Of a DNA stretch of 64,000 nucleotides, positions 26,796 through 44,354 are shown piece after piece. The notes beneath the pieces were generated by a model. That model worked only from the letters and a program-made list of their open reading frames with translations. It searched no databases and was not told the origin of the DNA. The DNA is from Spironucleus salmonicida (taxonomy: Eukaryota), in assembly GCF_000497125.1 (NCBI RefSeq), contig NC_090599.1, positions 124,001 through 188,000 on the forward strand. Direction: 5' to 3'. Made by a program: the position numbers and the translations under genes. Each line of letters opens with the position of its first letter. Position 1 is the first letter of the stretch.

Positions 26796-27800
26796 CTGAT
26801 GGAATTATTGGATAAGCAGAAAAAATTATTTTAATTAATCTAAAAATTTAAGATTATAATATATTATATATTTCATATTATTGAGAAATTATTATTTTAG
26901 TTTGCAGTCGTTGATAAATCTATAAAACTAAAAAATAATATATGCTTATATTTGGGACTTTAAGGATTAATTAAAAATAATGTAAAGATTAATTACGCTT
27001 ATTTTCATTAATTTTATTCATATTCTATTACATAAATTTAATATTATTGTATATAAATTATTCCCTTTATTTTATGACTTTTAAAATGATATTTGTTACT
27101 TTTGGTATTACAAAATGTAACCAAATATATAAATAACTATTATATTCACTTAGAATATTATATATTAATTTCTTTATTACAAAATTATTTATTTTATATT
27201 AACTAGAAAATACTTCTAATTATTTTCATAAACTTGTTATTATATTTTTCAACTAGGAAAGGAAATCCTATATATAAATTATGGTTTATTTAGAATTAGT
27301 TATAAAAAGTTGTAACTATTAAATTTGGTTTACAAAAGTTATGGAAACTTAAATCGTTGTAAATTAAATAATAAGAATATTGTTTATTAAGTATGCATTT
27401 TTATATTTTGATATAAAACATTAAATAGCTATTGTTATTGAGCCCAGAACAAAGAACTACTAAGTAACTTAATTATTTAGAATAATTCTTTTAATCACTA
27501 AAATCTTAAAATGAAAATAATTATTTAAGGCTATAGTATAAACATCAGTATATAATTTGTCTGCCACTTAAACTTAATATGACTTATACTTTTTCTAAAT
27601 CTGAGAGGGTTTGCATACTGGGTTAATAGGTACTAATAAAATTTTAATTTTTGACTAACTAAATCATTTTAAACAACAAGATTGATATTTATTCAAAAAT
27701 TAAAATTAATCTTACTAGTAATTAAATAGATTGTGTTATTACTTAATTTAGAATCTTTGTAGAAATTATAGCAATTTAATATTTTAAATATATAATAGAC

Positions 27801-28472
27801 TCAGAGCACTTCTTTAAGATAATTTAAAACTTGAGTTAGATCTTTGTGATAGCATTCACATAAAGCCTACTTAAGATCTTTGTCATTTTCACTAGAAATA
27901 ACTCCATAAACCCACATACCAGTCGCTTTAGCTCCTTATAAACCTGGCAATGAATCTTCAAACACAGCTGATTCTTTTAAGTTTCCACTAATTCTGTTTA
28001 AACATTCTAAGTATACTGTTGGGTCAGGTTTTGATTTTCCAACCTCTTCACAAGTCACTAGACAATCGCTTAATTGCTTAAGTTCTGGGTGTACTTTGAA
28101 TACAAGATCAAACATTTTCCTACCAGTAGCCGTGGCAATACCAATTTTCTTTCCTTTTTATTTTAATAATCTGAGAAGTTCCATAGCACCATCAATAAAT
28201 GGGCATTGCGCATAAACCTTTCCTGTAAGTTCATAAAAATCTGCCAACATTACTGCTTCATCAGATTGAAGTTAAAATTACTATTTCAAAAATTTCATAT
28301 AATCTATACCACTGAGACCTGCGATTTAATTTTCAAAATCACTTCTTTTGTAGTTTTCAACACCGTGCTTAATCATTAAATCTCTATCGATAGTAGGAGC
28401 ATGTTATGCGGAATTAAATAGAGTACCATCAAAATCAAAAACAAAATATTACACAGATTTTAGAAACTCCAT
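27801..28472 (-). CDS. HAD-superfamily phosphatase (beta-PGM/HDHD1-like)
   Basis: FDFDGTLFNS; IATAT; KSKPDP; VFEDS. Confidence 0.9.
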
Positions 28473-28525
28473 TTGCAGAATTCAAATTATAATTAATATA
28501 GTATTATTATATTTTAATACATAGT

Positions 28526-29455
28526 TCACTAAAAAGTTTCAGGGAAAACAGCAAAAATAAATTAAGAAAATGGTAGAGCAAATTCGTCAATTTATAAAAT
28601 ATTTTACAAGTAAAGTTTTAGAGTCTCTTTTACATGTCTTGTCGGTGAAAGGTTATACATTGATTCTTTATTAATAAATGGCAAAAAAAATTCTAAATCT
28701 TAATAATCGCTATCTAATCCAGTAAGTTTTTAATCAAAAATATCATTTAAGAGTTATAGTTTTTCTTTTTGCTAGAACCTGAAAAGGATTTCACCCAGTA
28801 TCGCCAATTTAAGGTCGTAATTATTAATATTGAAAATCATTTTCATACCCTACTACAATCCGGCCTCTTGAGATATAATTATAGCAGAGATTGATGCTCG
28901 CAAATCTTTAAGGATGCCTGACTCCAGACTCTAGACAAAGTCAGATTTAATTGGCTAACACTCTGCTTATTAGTAGAAAAATAATATTTAAGAATTTAGT
29001 GTTTTAAAATATTTCTTAAAACTCATAAGCTGTTTAATAGACTAATTATCAACATTATAATTTGGATCATTTAATAAATAAAAAGTAAGGTCTTTAAATG
29101 AATCATTGCTAAGAAAGTTAACCTATTAATGTAGATATTCTGATATATCCTTTATTTATAAATGAATCAATACTAATAGTTTTACAAAAAGCTTTTGAAA
29201 CTAAGAAGTATCTTATTATGCTGAAATAAGGAAGGCAAATATGCTTATATCTAATTAGGCTGCTTAATATAATAATATATCATGCTTACTTGTGTATACT
29301 TCCCGTAACTGTGTAATTTACTTTGTAAAGCAATGTAAATTGGCTTCTTCAATACTATAAAAATTATATTTAGGTGTAATTTCCTAAAAATGAAGTGCTC
29401 TAGAGGCTGGTAAATCAACAATATCTTAACCTAAGATATCAAAAATAAAATCCAT
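28526..29455 (-). CDS. Hypothetical protein
   Basis: 309-aa ORF MDFIFDILGQ...; ends TAGTGA. Confidence 0.6.
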
Positions 29456-29527
29456 TTTAATAAATATACTATTATATACTATATTAATTGATAAATTAAT
29501 CAAAAAATTCATTTTATATTCACAAAA

Positions 29528-30418
29528 TCATTATCTCTCTCTGAATGAATTTAAAAACTACATTTCCATACTGTTACTAGCTACAGCAGCGATATTATCA
29601 ATTGCGAAGTCGTTAGTTTAATATAGTAAATCACAATTAATGATCTTTAACTTTAACCAATTTATAAACTCTATATCTATTTTAACTCCTTTATAGTGTT
29701 TTTCTTCGCAATAAGGAAAAGCTTCTCTTTCTTTGATCCCACTAAAATAAACAAAAATTTAAGCTAAATTATCTTCTATAATATTGATATTAATGATAAA
29801 TAATGTCCCATCTATTTATTTTTCATTAATCATTTACTGGGTTGCTTATTCTCCATCCGTCCTAATAAGAATAACGCGATTAAGTTTTTATTCTCTTTCT
29901 ATTGTAACAGTATGATTTTCATATGAAAACAAGTTATCTGTGAAAATAAATGAAAAATCCCCTTCAACGCATACCTTATGATTGTCCATGATTTTTTGAC
30001 AATAATCACTGGCTTTCTAAAGATATTAAAAAAGCTCACCGTTTATAGAAATATTGCGAATGGCTTAATTTTATTATTTCTTACATGAATATCGCTAATC
30101 AGTTGTTTTTCTTAATAATTAAATATACGAGTCCCTAGGATGCAAAAGGGCCAATGCTTAAATCGGATCATATGGATCTGGAAGTTAAATATTTTTAACT
30201 TTGTATATTAATGAATGGGAAATAGCTATAACTGTTGAAAACTGTTATTTTTAATCTATTATAACAATAGTAGAATCAAAAGATGAAGGAGCATCTATAT
30301 AATATGCTAATGGCTTAATAAGATTCTTATGGGAGTTAAAATACTCACTAGGAGGAGTAAGTAGCTGGGAACCCTTGAAATTCAAGGTTTAAGAAATATG
30401 ATGTCTTTGTAGTTGCAT
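29528..30418 (-). CDS. Hypothetical protein
   Basis: 296-aa ORF MQLQRHHISQ... Confidence 0.6.
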
Positions 30419-30556
30419 TATTAACATATAAATATACTTATATAATAAATCATATTTATCAAGATAATCTATTTCAAGATTATACTAAATTATATAGCAA
30501 TAAGTATATAATTTTAAAAATCCACCATTCTAAATTTTACCATTTCACTAAAATCA

Positions 30557-31297
30557 ATGGAGTCTCGCGAAGATTTAGTATTCATTGCCCAGTTAAACGA
30601 AAACGCTGAACGTTATGAGGATATGATCGAAACAATGAAGAAAATTATATCATTAGGCGAAGAGCTTAACGATAAGGAACGTAACCTTCTCTCTGTTGCA
30701 TATAAGAACATCATTGGCCCCCGTCGTGCTGCTTGGAGAATTGTCTCTACGATTGAGACTCGTGAGAAAGGTCGTACCAAACCTTCTTCTGCTAGAATCG
30801 AATATGTCACTGGTTACAGAGTTAAGATCGAAGAAGAACTCAAGGCTTACTGCAACGATGTATTATCCCTCATTGATAACAAATTTATCCCTACTTGCAC
30901 TGAAACCACCGCCAAAGTATTCTATTATAAGATGAAGGGTGATTACTTCCGTTATCTTGCTGAATTTACCCAGAAGGATGACAGGAAAGCTCATGCCAAC
31001 TAGTCTCTCGAAGCCTACAAAGCTGCTACCTAGATTGCTGAACAACTTAATCCTACTGATCCCATCAGACTCGGTCTCGCCCTTAACTATTCTGTATTTT
31101 ATTATGAAATTATGAATGATTCTGAGAAGGCTTGTGAACTTGCTAGGACTGCTTTCGACGCTGCTATCAATGACCTTGACAAGTTATCCCAGGATGCTTA
31201 TAAGGATGCCACTCTTATCATGTAACTTCTCCGTGATAACCTTAACCTTTGGATCAACGAAGACCATGTTGAAGGCAATGAGGAAGAAAACCAGTGA
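30557..31297 (+). CDS. 14-3-3 protein
   Basis: [39 protein letters not shown](TAA=Q)LLRDNLNLW. Confidence 0.98.
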
Positions 31298-31326
31298 GGT
31301 TTGCTATGATTCAAATTATAATTATT

Positions 31327-32250
31327 TCACTTAACATTTAGTGCTTATACAGCAGCTGAAATATGTTTTTTCATTTAGTCCATCTCTTAATTCTTCTGTT
31401 AAATTAATTCATTTTACTGTTAGATAATAGATTCCAACTCTTTAACTTTGTTGCTTAATTCAACTTAAGTGAGTAGTTAGGCACTAGCATCAATTGCTGA
31501 TAATTAAATAGCAGAGTTTTTAGCATGATTTTATGGTTCAGTATCACCATTAAACATAATTCTTTATATAGTAACCAAATCAGCATCAGCCATGGTACCC
31601 TACAATAACCTAGCAACCTATTGTTATTCATCATGACGTTATCTCATGACTGTACTGTAATTATCTTAAATACATCTTTTCTAAGCTCTCAATTGCGCAA
31701 TTTCCAACTTTAATGATTCAATTATTCTCTTCTACATCTAGTTTTCATTTTAACTTTCTTAAGATCTTGTGTTTTATTAATCTAACTACGATTAGAGTTA
31801 ATTCATCTAAGATTTAAGACAAGAAAAAATATCTTCTTAACCAGCAGATATGAGAATATCATGCTATGTCTACCCTTATTATTAAGGCATAACTGAATGA
31901 TTTTAAAAAACAGATAATTGGTCCTATGTAAGAGTTTAATGAGGGTTTGGCGACTATTGAACTTCTCCAATTTAGGAAATATCAATACCTAATTAAACAT
32001 TGTCTATGCATTATTTTTACTATTACAAATAATCTAAACTTAACCCATCATCTTATACGAGTGTCTAAGATTCTATCAGAGATTCACCTTGATATTTTGA
32101 TTTAAGATTCTTTATTTATTATTCTAAATCGTTACGCCGCTGTTAAGTATTATTTTATGTATATGTTAAAATTTTAGACTAAAGCTGACGACCTATAGAA
32201 TTTGAGCGTAGTTAAGATGCAGATCTTTTTGACTATGATGATGTATGCAT
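31327..32250 (-). CDS. Hypothetical coiled-coil protein
   Basis: 307-aa Q/E/K-rich ORF; ends AAGTGA. Confidence 0.6.
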
Positions 32251-32332
32251 GATTAGGGAAGGGCGGAATAATTTAATATAATATAAAGATATAAAAGAGT
32301 GTAAACATGTTCTTTTCTTTTTCCGTTTCAAT

Positions 32333-32989
32333 ATGTCGAGGTTCAATTCATCAGGTGGTAACTTTAGAGGTGGTAATAGTAAATTCTAACCTAGAGATGA
32401 TGGCCAAATGATAGATTCTTTACGTTTTATTCGTACTATAATTACTAAAGAAAAAGACTTAGCTTTAATGGAATGTTTAGATTAATCTAAAGTACCTAGA
32501 TTTAATGCATCTATTCAGAGCAAAGGTTAATAAATGGGTGTTGTTGATGATGTTTTAGGACCCATAGCCAGACATTTTATTGTAATGAAACCTCAACCTG
32601 GGATATCAATTTCTTCTCTAAAAGAAGGATCTGTATTTTAACTAGGTGAAGGTGCTCTACTGAGTATTGACAAATTTTTGCCATAGCCTACTGTTTCTAA
32701 AGCAAAGAAGGCCACTAAACCAACATTCAAAGGAAAAACTAATGATAGAAGCGGAAGTTTCAGTAGAGGCGGTAACGATAGACCCCAAGGCGGATTTAAT
32801 AGAGGAGGTAGTGAAAGACCGTAGGGCGGATTTAATAGAGGTGGAAGTAATGACAGACCTCAAGGAAACTTTAGCAGAGGAGGCGATAGACCCCAAGGTG
32901 GATTTAGAGGAGGAAACGACAGACCTCAGGGTGGATTTAGAGGTAACGATAGAGGCAACGATAGAGGTGGCCGCTTTGAAAGAAGATGA
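32333..32989 (+). CDS. GAR1: H/ACA snoRNP protein Gar1
   Basis: KVPRFNASI; GVVDDVLGPI; DKFLP; RGG-rich termini. Confidence 0.9.
32765..32945 (+). repeat. Degenerate coding tandem repeat, about five units of 33-39 bp encoding RGGxDRPQGGF
   Basis: Repeated AGACC(C/G/T)(C/T)A(A/G)GG..GATTTA within the GAR1 tail. Confidence 0.75.
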
Positions 32990-33081
32990 TATTCCTTATT
33001 TTTCATAATATATACTTAATTAAAAACTCTATTTTTAATCACCTATATATATTTATTTATCTAATTTATAAAAACCAAAAT

Positions 33082-34128
33082 ATGACAAAATTCATTCAGA
33101 TCCTATTTTGTACTGAGTAGTGTAAAAAATTATCTTAAAACCATCGTAGCCGTAAATACCTCAAATTATTTACTTTATTGGCAGTTTCCCTCTTGTTTTG
33201 TATTAATTTAGTTGGTGTTATTGTTTAGTTTTTTTATTTAAAGTAACATATATTTTCAGGTATCCTATTTGGGGTATACTGCTATTTAATGCTTCTTTCG
33301 GCTGTTAATTACTTTATGACTGCATTTCTAGATCCTGGCTCAATTTCACGTGATGCACCTCAATTAGATAGATCCTGTGTTCTTTGCTAAAAAATTAAAC
33401 CTATGCGTTCGCATCACTGCTCACAATGCTAAAAGTGTATATTAAAAATGGACCATCATTGTCCATGGGTTTAATAATGTGTTGGGTATAATAATTACGG
33501 ATAATTTTTTACTCTAATGCTTTTTTCATCATTTACTATGATATATTCATTCATTGTAATGTTGATTTAACTTCTTCTTTAAATATTTTACTTTAAAGTA
33601 CAAATAGGTTAAAGTTTGGTGTTTATTATTATTTCAACAATTTCACTAGTTATAACTGGCTGTTTCGGATTCATTACGAGTAAGCTATTCTTCTTCCATG
33701 TGCATTTAATAAAACGGAATTTGACTACTATTGAGTTTTATGAACTTTAAGCAGCTAAAAAATTAGATTCAGAAACAATTAATTATTATGATAAAGGGCA
33801 TAAGTCAAATTTCAGAGAAATTATTCCTTATCCTGTATTAATGTTTATTCCAGGTTGCAGAATAAAACCTTTATATAATCCATATTTTTCATTCGATTAT
33901 AGAACAAATAGAGAACTTAAAAGCTAGGTTTAGGTACATGAGAAACGACCAGTATCATAATAAACTATGAATGCAGATACTTAACTAAACAAAACTGATA
34001 ATAATTAAAGGCGGAAAGTTCTACCTCCAATTCGAAAATTAGATGAAACTAAAACGTTATCTCTGGATATTGAAACGTAAGTTACCAACTACACTGGTTA
34101 AATATTGCCATCTAGTATACAATAGTGA
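33082..34128 (+). CDS. DHHC palmitoyltransferase
   Basis: DPG; RSHHCSQC...MDHHCPWV; NLTTIE; four TM segments. Confidence 0.95.
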
Positions 34129-34134
34129 AATAAT

Positions 34135-35355
34135 TCAAACGTGTATTTTCTCTTCATCAAAATTTGACTTTTATTATTACTTAAATACCTTTTTAATTAC
34201 AAACAACTCAAGGAAGCATACAAAAGAATAAAAAAAGTAACACAAAAATTAATAACTATAGAGAAGGCGAAAAAGCATAATAATAACTAACGAAAGTAAA
34301 CGTTTTACAATCATAGATATTGAATAATAAATTTCTTTTTATTTTTAAGGAAATAATTCGGAACACAAAAAATAATAAAGACCAGACGGGCCAAGTTGAT
34401 TGAAGAATAAGAAAATACTTCTCATACAAATAAATCTATTAACGCTATAAATACCTAGAAATATATATGTACCAGATATAAAATTAATTATAGATATTCC
34501 TAATATGCTTAAAAGGTATTATTTCTTCTTACAAATATTTATTTTCTAAGAAAATATCATTGATAAAACATCTATTACTTAAAAATACAATACTATATAA
34601 ATAATGTGATACGATTTATTCATAGTCTATTATAAAAAGTCATATTGGTTACTATCAAAAGCTGCCAAGCCTGTTAACTATTAAACTGATCCTAATAAAA
34701 CAGCAATAGTAGCACCTTTTTTAAATTCTATAGTTTAGTATTTAAAACAATGAAAGAGTGAAAAATCCGATAAGCCCTCATCAATTTCGACTTATCTAAG
34801 TTTAGTATTAAAAACTACTAAAAATGCTGTCAACAGTGAATGTAGTACTAACATAAATTTATAGTGTAAGTAATATTTTACTATTAATAGATTGCATAAT
34901 GAGCAAAAAAAAATCGAAACTAAAATCGAAGTTTAAAACTATAGTGATATATTTTTGTCAGATTTTGGATATTATGCAGATATTATTATAGGCTGCAACG
35001 TTATTTAAATTTGAATGAGACCACCTTAAATTAATTTTTAAAAGGCAAGATGTAATGGATTTATAGGGAAAAGAAAAACTGAAAATGATAACAGTGATGA
35101 AAGAATAAATGAAAAAATAACTATATATGGTTTTGAATAAAATTTAGTAATACTAGGTAACATCAAAGAACCAACAAATTAACCCAATATATGGAATATA
35201 GAAAGGAACATATCAACTGTATATGAAATATCTTAGTTAAATAGGTAGCGTTAGAGAAATATTTAGTTATATAATTACAAAAATATTCCATATTAGATCC
35301 CATTAATCCAGGTAATAGTATATGAATAAATAGTAGACTTATCAGATTTAATCAT
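34135..35355 (-). CDS. MFS-like multi-pass transporter (sugar-porter-like)
   Basis: 406 aa with many hydrophobic segments; LGQFVGSL; QKLIQGG. Confidence 0.65.
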
Positions 35356-35412
35356 TATTATAAAAAATAAAAAAAATATGATATTGTTGAATATAATAAT
35401 ATAAAAATCAAT

Positions 35413-35898
35413 TCAAATAAGTCTTTATTATTATGAACTTTATTTCGCTTTATAAACCTCATAACAAATCCCAAATATAAATCTCACCAAAGCTAAAATA
35501 AAAAAGATAGACATAAGAATCAAATATGTAAGCGAATAACCATAAAGATAAACTACAAAATGAATAAAAGCCAATACAAATAAAGATAAATCAAGGTAGA
35601 AGCCCAAAGATGTTTTGTTAAAAAAAGCTAACTATGCAGAAAGCATTATGGTAACATTAAACATGAATAAAAAATATGTATAGGTGGTAGAAATCGGATA
35701 TCCTCTATACCCATCGATATTGGATGAAGCTACAGTTATAGAAAGGGCAATTACTAAAATAACTTAAAATATTTATACAAACAAGCTAATTAAAACACTA
35801 TTATTAGATTGTTCAAAAAGTGAATGACATGATTATTTACGTTAAAGTGTTAATAAAAGCTATTTTGTAAAAGTTGATAATATTTACTTTGAACCCAT
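35413..35898 (-). CDS. Small multi-pass membrane protein
   Basis: 161-aa ORF with about four hydrophobic stretches. Confidence 0.6.
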
Positions 35899-35956
35899 GA
35901 TTTACTTTTCATATAATTTATTATAAATATATGATAATAATATTTTCGGCAATTGA

Positions 35957-36490
35957 ATGTAGATTACGTCAAAAATAAATTAATTCAAAGAGTCACATGA
36001 TCCTACTATTTTATTTGACTATATTATAAGTTTATCTGCTAAATAGTAACTTGATTGCTGGCTAAATCCGTTAATACCTGCAATATTTGTATCGTCAGCT
36101 TTAAACAGATTCAATAACACATTTATTACATTGTATTAGCTAAATAAAGAACTTACTCCAAAGTTTTTATCACTAAAACTTCACATTATGGCATTTTCTT
36201 TACTAAATGCTTCTATTTCTGGAGAGTTACGAATTGAAATTTTAACATTCTTGACATTATTTGAAGATCTTGGAATTGACTCAATCACCGCAGGCTTGCT
36301 AGCTATCTAAACATTTAACATACAAGAAGTATAATTAGGTATACTGCTTATAAAATAGTCTTAAAATTGTATTCATTCCGACATGAAAAAGGAAATACTT
36401 TAATGTCTCACAGCAATAATTTAAAAAACTCCTTAGTTAGATGCTGAATCAATGAAAAATTTACTTGAATTAATATAAAATTTAAAGTGA
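35957..36490 (+). CDS. Hypothetical helical protein
   Basis: 177-aa ORF MQITSKINQ...; ends AAGTGA. Confidence 0.65.
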
Positions 36491-36502
36491 GAGAATATTT
36501 CT

Positions 36503-37084
36503 TCATTAACATTAGTCGCAGCCTTGGCATTCACATTCATCGTCTTCTTCTTCGAATTCTTCACATCCGCAATTAGATTCTTATTCATCACAAAAACTTT
36601 CTTCAACTGGTTGATCGTTGCAGTTGCACTCGAGGCAGCAGTCACAAGGTTAGTAGCATTGGCCACTATAGCAACAGTCGCAACCTTTTTAATTAGTACA
36701 TTAATGAGTTGGAATACCATTTTTCATAATATAATCAGTTAAAAGCTTGTTTTCCGCACGAAGAGTTTCAACCTCAGTTTGCATTGAAATAGTAGCATCA
36801 GATAGCTTTTTCATATGATCATTGACATGATCAATGAACTTATTAAGGTTTGTCTGAGTAACTCTATTCTCTAATTCAAGATCAATAATTTGTGTTTCAA
36901 GTTCCTCTTCAACTTTAGATTTTTGAAGCTACGATGCCTAAAGATCAATAGCGTTAAATTATGGTGCTTAGTAACTCATTGATGATTTCGACAATTATGA
37001 AAAGTTCAAGGAACTATTTTTCTTGCTAGATATATTCTACCTAATATCTTTCATCATATCGAAAAGAGTTTTGGTTTGGGACAT
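36503..37084 (-). CDS. Coiled-coil protein with Cys/acid-rich C-terminal tail
   Basis: Coiled coil followed by GCDCCYSGQCYQPCDCCLECNC...ECECQGCDQCQ; CCACTCC upstream. Confidence 0.75.
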
Positions 37085-37154
37085 GTTGATAAATGGAGTG
37101 GTTGCACATAATTTGATATATCAGTATATAATATTTATATTTAAAAAATTAGTT

Positions 37155-37994
37155 TCACTTTTTACCCCATTTATAGTCAGAAAGCACCTACTCAGGATTC
37201 ACAACAAACTCCATTTTGGCCATCACAGATTTAATTTCTCCATAATTACAGATCAACCACTCAACAGTCTCTATATATTAAAAGTTACCTCCAACTTCTT
37301 CAGCAAGTAAGTTAGGAGCAAAAATAATAGCTAAGTTATTAGCATTCATCATGTTCACACTACTTTCCAAGTTAACACACTCTAAAATTTATAGCACAAA
37401 AATTAGTAAAATAAAACGCTCTAAATCAACGTTTTCAACGAGCTTTTATACCACAAATTCAGAATTTTTACTTAATGATATCTCTTTAACTATAGTTTCA
37501 TCCAAGACTTTCACTTCTAACTATCTTAAAAACTACTTAATAAGTGAACAAATGACCTCTGTTGGCATCGATTCGAGTGATAACCCATGGTTGGCTTCGA
37601 GAGACTTTATTGCTGCTTGTAGTGAGCCAAAGTCTGGCGATGTTCTGAAAATTCCGATCGTCTTAGCTCGTTATTGAATTATTTTTTATGCATTCTAAAT
37701 GAAGATTGGGACAGAACAGTTTTCTGCATTTAGAAGTACTTTAAGATCTATACCAAACAGCTTTTCAGAATTTTTAGGCTTAAACAGTGTCGTAGTTTTT
37801 GTCTTAAGATCATTTCCAAAGTCTTTAAATTTTTCATCAATTTTAGATTCTTTAACTTTCTAACCAACTTCTTAGAAAGTTTACTTTGTCTATTCTCCAA
37901 ACTTTTGGAATCCATCTTTGGTACTTTTACTAAATTTAGAGAAGAAATCTTTGGTTTTATTAGCGAATTCATTTTCTGGCTTCTAGTCAGACAT
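37155..37994 (-). CDS. RhoGAP domain protein
   Basis: LFGIDL...VPIFI...GIFR (arginine finger)...SLIKQFLRQL...NKMMNANNLAIIFAPNL. Confidence 0.85.
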
Positions 37995-38130
37995 TTTGAT
38001 TTAATGAAATAGAAGTATTATTATATATATTTTTAATAATTTTTGGAATGGCATAAATCTCATATAAAAGTAATCTTAAAATTTAAAGTAAAGAGATTAT
38101 ATAATATTATTTAAATATATATTATTGAGA

Positions 38131-38817
38131 ATGCTGCATCAGGACTTGGGCGAATGCCCTATTTGCTGTGATCCATATACGGATATTAGCCAAGCAGAAT
38201 TTTATTTTTGCCCTTGTAAGTTTTAATTTTGTGGAATGTGTAAAGCTTAGCTTTTATGTTGCCCTAATTGTCGTCGGATTTTTGATGATTATGAAGAAAT
38301 TATACCTAATCCTTTTTTAAGATATAGTTATAAAGAATTAAATGATTTAAAAGTTAAAAATAATCGTCTTGTACGACTAAATCATCATTTAGATGGAGAT
38401 TTATCCGCTTTTGGAGAGATTGTTTAATAAATTTGTTTAGGAGCCACAACTCTTATATTATTTAAGAACTAAGATGATGCAATGGATTTTGCTAAATCTG
38501 TGAATGGGGTAATTATCAAAAATGTAAAATATTTAGCATAAATTGGTTTTTCCTCTTTTTGCAACTCTATAGTAAAACGAACTGAGTGTTAAGTTGAGAA
38601 TTGTATGTATGTTCACACATGGATTCCAGGGGAACTTTTGTATAACAAAACTTAAATCAAGGAAATGATGATAGCCGGGCGGGTGCCATTTAATTTCAAA
38701 TGCAAAACCTGCGATACAGTACCGCCTAGCTTGGCGAAAGCAATACCTATGGCTGACAGGATCGGAAAGTTCAGCCCAGATGTTCAGTCTGCTATTCGCT
38801 CTTGGGCCCTGGAATGA
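38131..38817 (+). CDS. NOT4: CCR4-NOT E3 ligase Not4 (C4C4 RING, RRM, CCCH)
   Basis: CPICC...FCPCKFQFCGMC...CPNCRR; RRM; C-x7-C-x4-CMYVH. Confidence 0.85.
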
Positions 38818-38880
38818 AAATCGCTTATTATATTAAATCTATACAAAAGTATTTTCGCCATTTGACGTATCCCTTCCACA

Positions 38881-40806
<1,926 letters not shown>

Positions 40807-40820
40807 CTGAAGTTAATATT

Positions 40821-41549
40821 TCACTATGTTTTCACATTCTCCATACCACCTACAATGTTCTCCAGCTCTATAATTCCCAGCCCTAACTACTAGTCGTCAA
40901 CATTTTATTCGCCTTATGCTGTGATTTCGATATGGAGCGTTGGCTCAGAATCGAACTGGGATGGAATACTGCATATGACTTCTTACTAGAACCGACCAAT
41001 CAGGCTGTCCGATACGAAGTCGTGTCCAAATTGATTTTATGGGGCATTTGCTGGGTGCTAAGAACCGGAATATCCTTATGATCCATCAAATTCCGTGGCG
41101 AAATGACCTGGAGAAATTATTCTAAATATTCGAAGCTATGCACGCAAACTTCTAAAAAATAGTCCTTTCCGCACTTGTTAATGAACTGGATGCATGGCTA
41201 ACGTGGATAAATATCTAAGTATGTGACCATCTACCTCAGTCTCTTATATTAGTTATTTCCTAGGCTTTTCTAACCTACCCGCCGCGTTGAGCTAATTTTA
41301 TGGAGACGAAATCCACTAGTTGCGATCTAGAGTATTTCCTCTCTATAGAGATAATTCAGTTAGTATGAGTTGGTTTCCGCTTATATTTTAAAATGTAGTT
41401 ATGATTTCTAAGAAATTAGTGCTTTCACCAAAATACGCCGTTAGAGGAGAAATAAATTTTAAGTATATTGCATCTGTGAATTATTCAGAAGAGTCGCTAC
41501 CTATAGGAATTTCATACGCTTGAATTAGTTGTTTTGTAAGAGATGACAT
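40821..41549 (-). CDS. Hypothetical protein (242 aa), copy 1
   Basis: MSSLTKQLIQAYEIP... open to TAGTGA. Confidence 0.7.
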
Positions 41550-41631
41550 TAAACCCTTAGTATTTATTAAATAAATATAGGAATGATATATTAAAATGAA
41601 AGTAATAACTAATAATCAAAAAGTGTTACAA

Positions 41632-42075
41632 ATGAAACTTTCCCCTATTTCTTTAAAGATTCAACATGTTATGTCACCTCATAGTAGAACTATTTAGAGA
41701 TCGCTATCTAAGGCGATGCCAACTTAGTATGATTATAATTATTAACTTAATACTGGTAAGTTTGGATAAAAATATATATAAAGCACCTAGTCTAATAGTC
41801 TGGAATCATTTATGCTTTAACCGAATGTGGTAGAGTAAAAGTTTATTGATCAATAACGATCTGAATCACTTCTAAAAATCGAAAACTTTAAACTGAAAGT
41901 TAAGGGAGAATAGCAAAAACGTCGAATAGAAGCGGTGAATGCAATCAATAAAATGAAGTATGATGCTCATATTGAAAATAGACGGTGTATCATACAGCTT
42001 CTTACCTAAAAGGCAGAACTAGAAGTACCAATATCAGAAATCCTCTCCTCGAAAAAAAAAGTTTATAAATAATGA
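41632..42075 (+). CDS. Hypothetical protein (147 aa), copy 1
   Basis: MKLSPISLKIQH...; alternative in-frame ATG at 41596. Confidence 0.6.
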
Positions 42076-42165
42076 TAATTATGTATTTACTGATATAAAG
42101 ATACTTCTACTTATGCTTCAAATTTTATCAAACTTTTACTGTTCATCCAATACCTAAATTCAAGT

Positions 42166-42351
42166 GAACTTTTGTATAACAAAACTTAAATCAAGGAAAT
42201 GATGATAGCCGGGCGGGTGCCATTTAATTTCAAATGCAAAACCTGCGATACAGTACCGCCTAGCTTGGCGAAAGCAATACCTATGGCTGACAGGATCGGA
42301 AAGTTCAGCCCAGATGTTCAGTCTGCTATTCGCTCTTGGGCCCTGGAATGA
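42166..42351 (+). pseudogene. NOT4 3' fragment
   Basis: Identical to 38632-38817; lacks the RING, RRM and CCCH regions. Confidence 0.85.
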
Positions 42352-42414
42352 AAATCGCTTATTATATTAAATCTATACAAAAGTATTTTCGCCATTTGAC
42401 GTATCCCTTCCACA

Positions 42415-44340
<1,926 letters not shown>

Positions 44341-44354
44341 CTGAAGTTAATATT

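Noticed and set aside
32765-32945. Repeat with about 36-bp period, superficially CRISPR-like
   Set aside because: It is a degenerate in-frame RGG coding repeat of GAR1, with no spacers and in a eukaryotic context.
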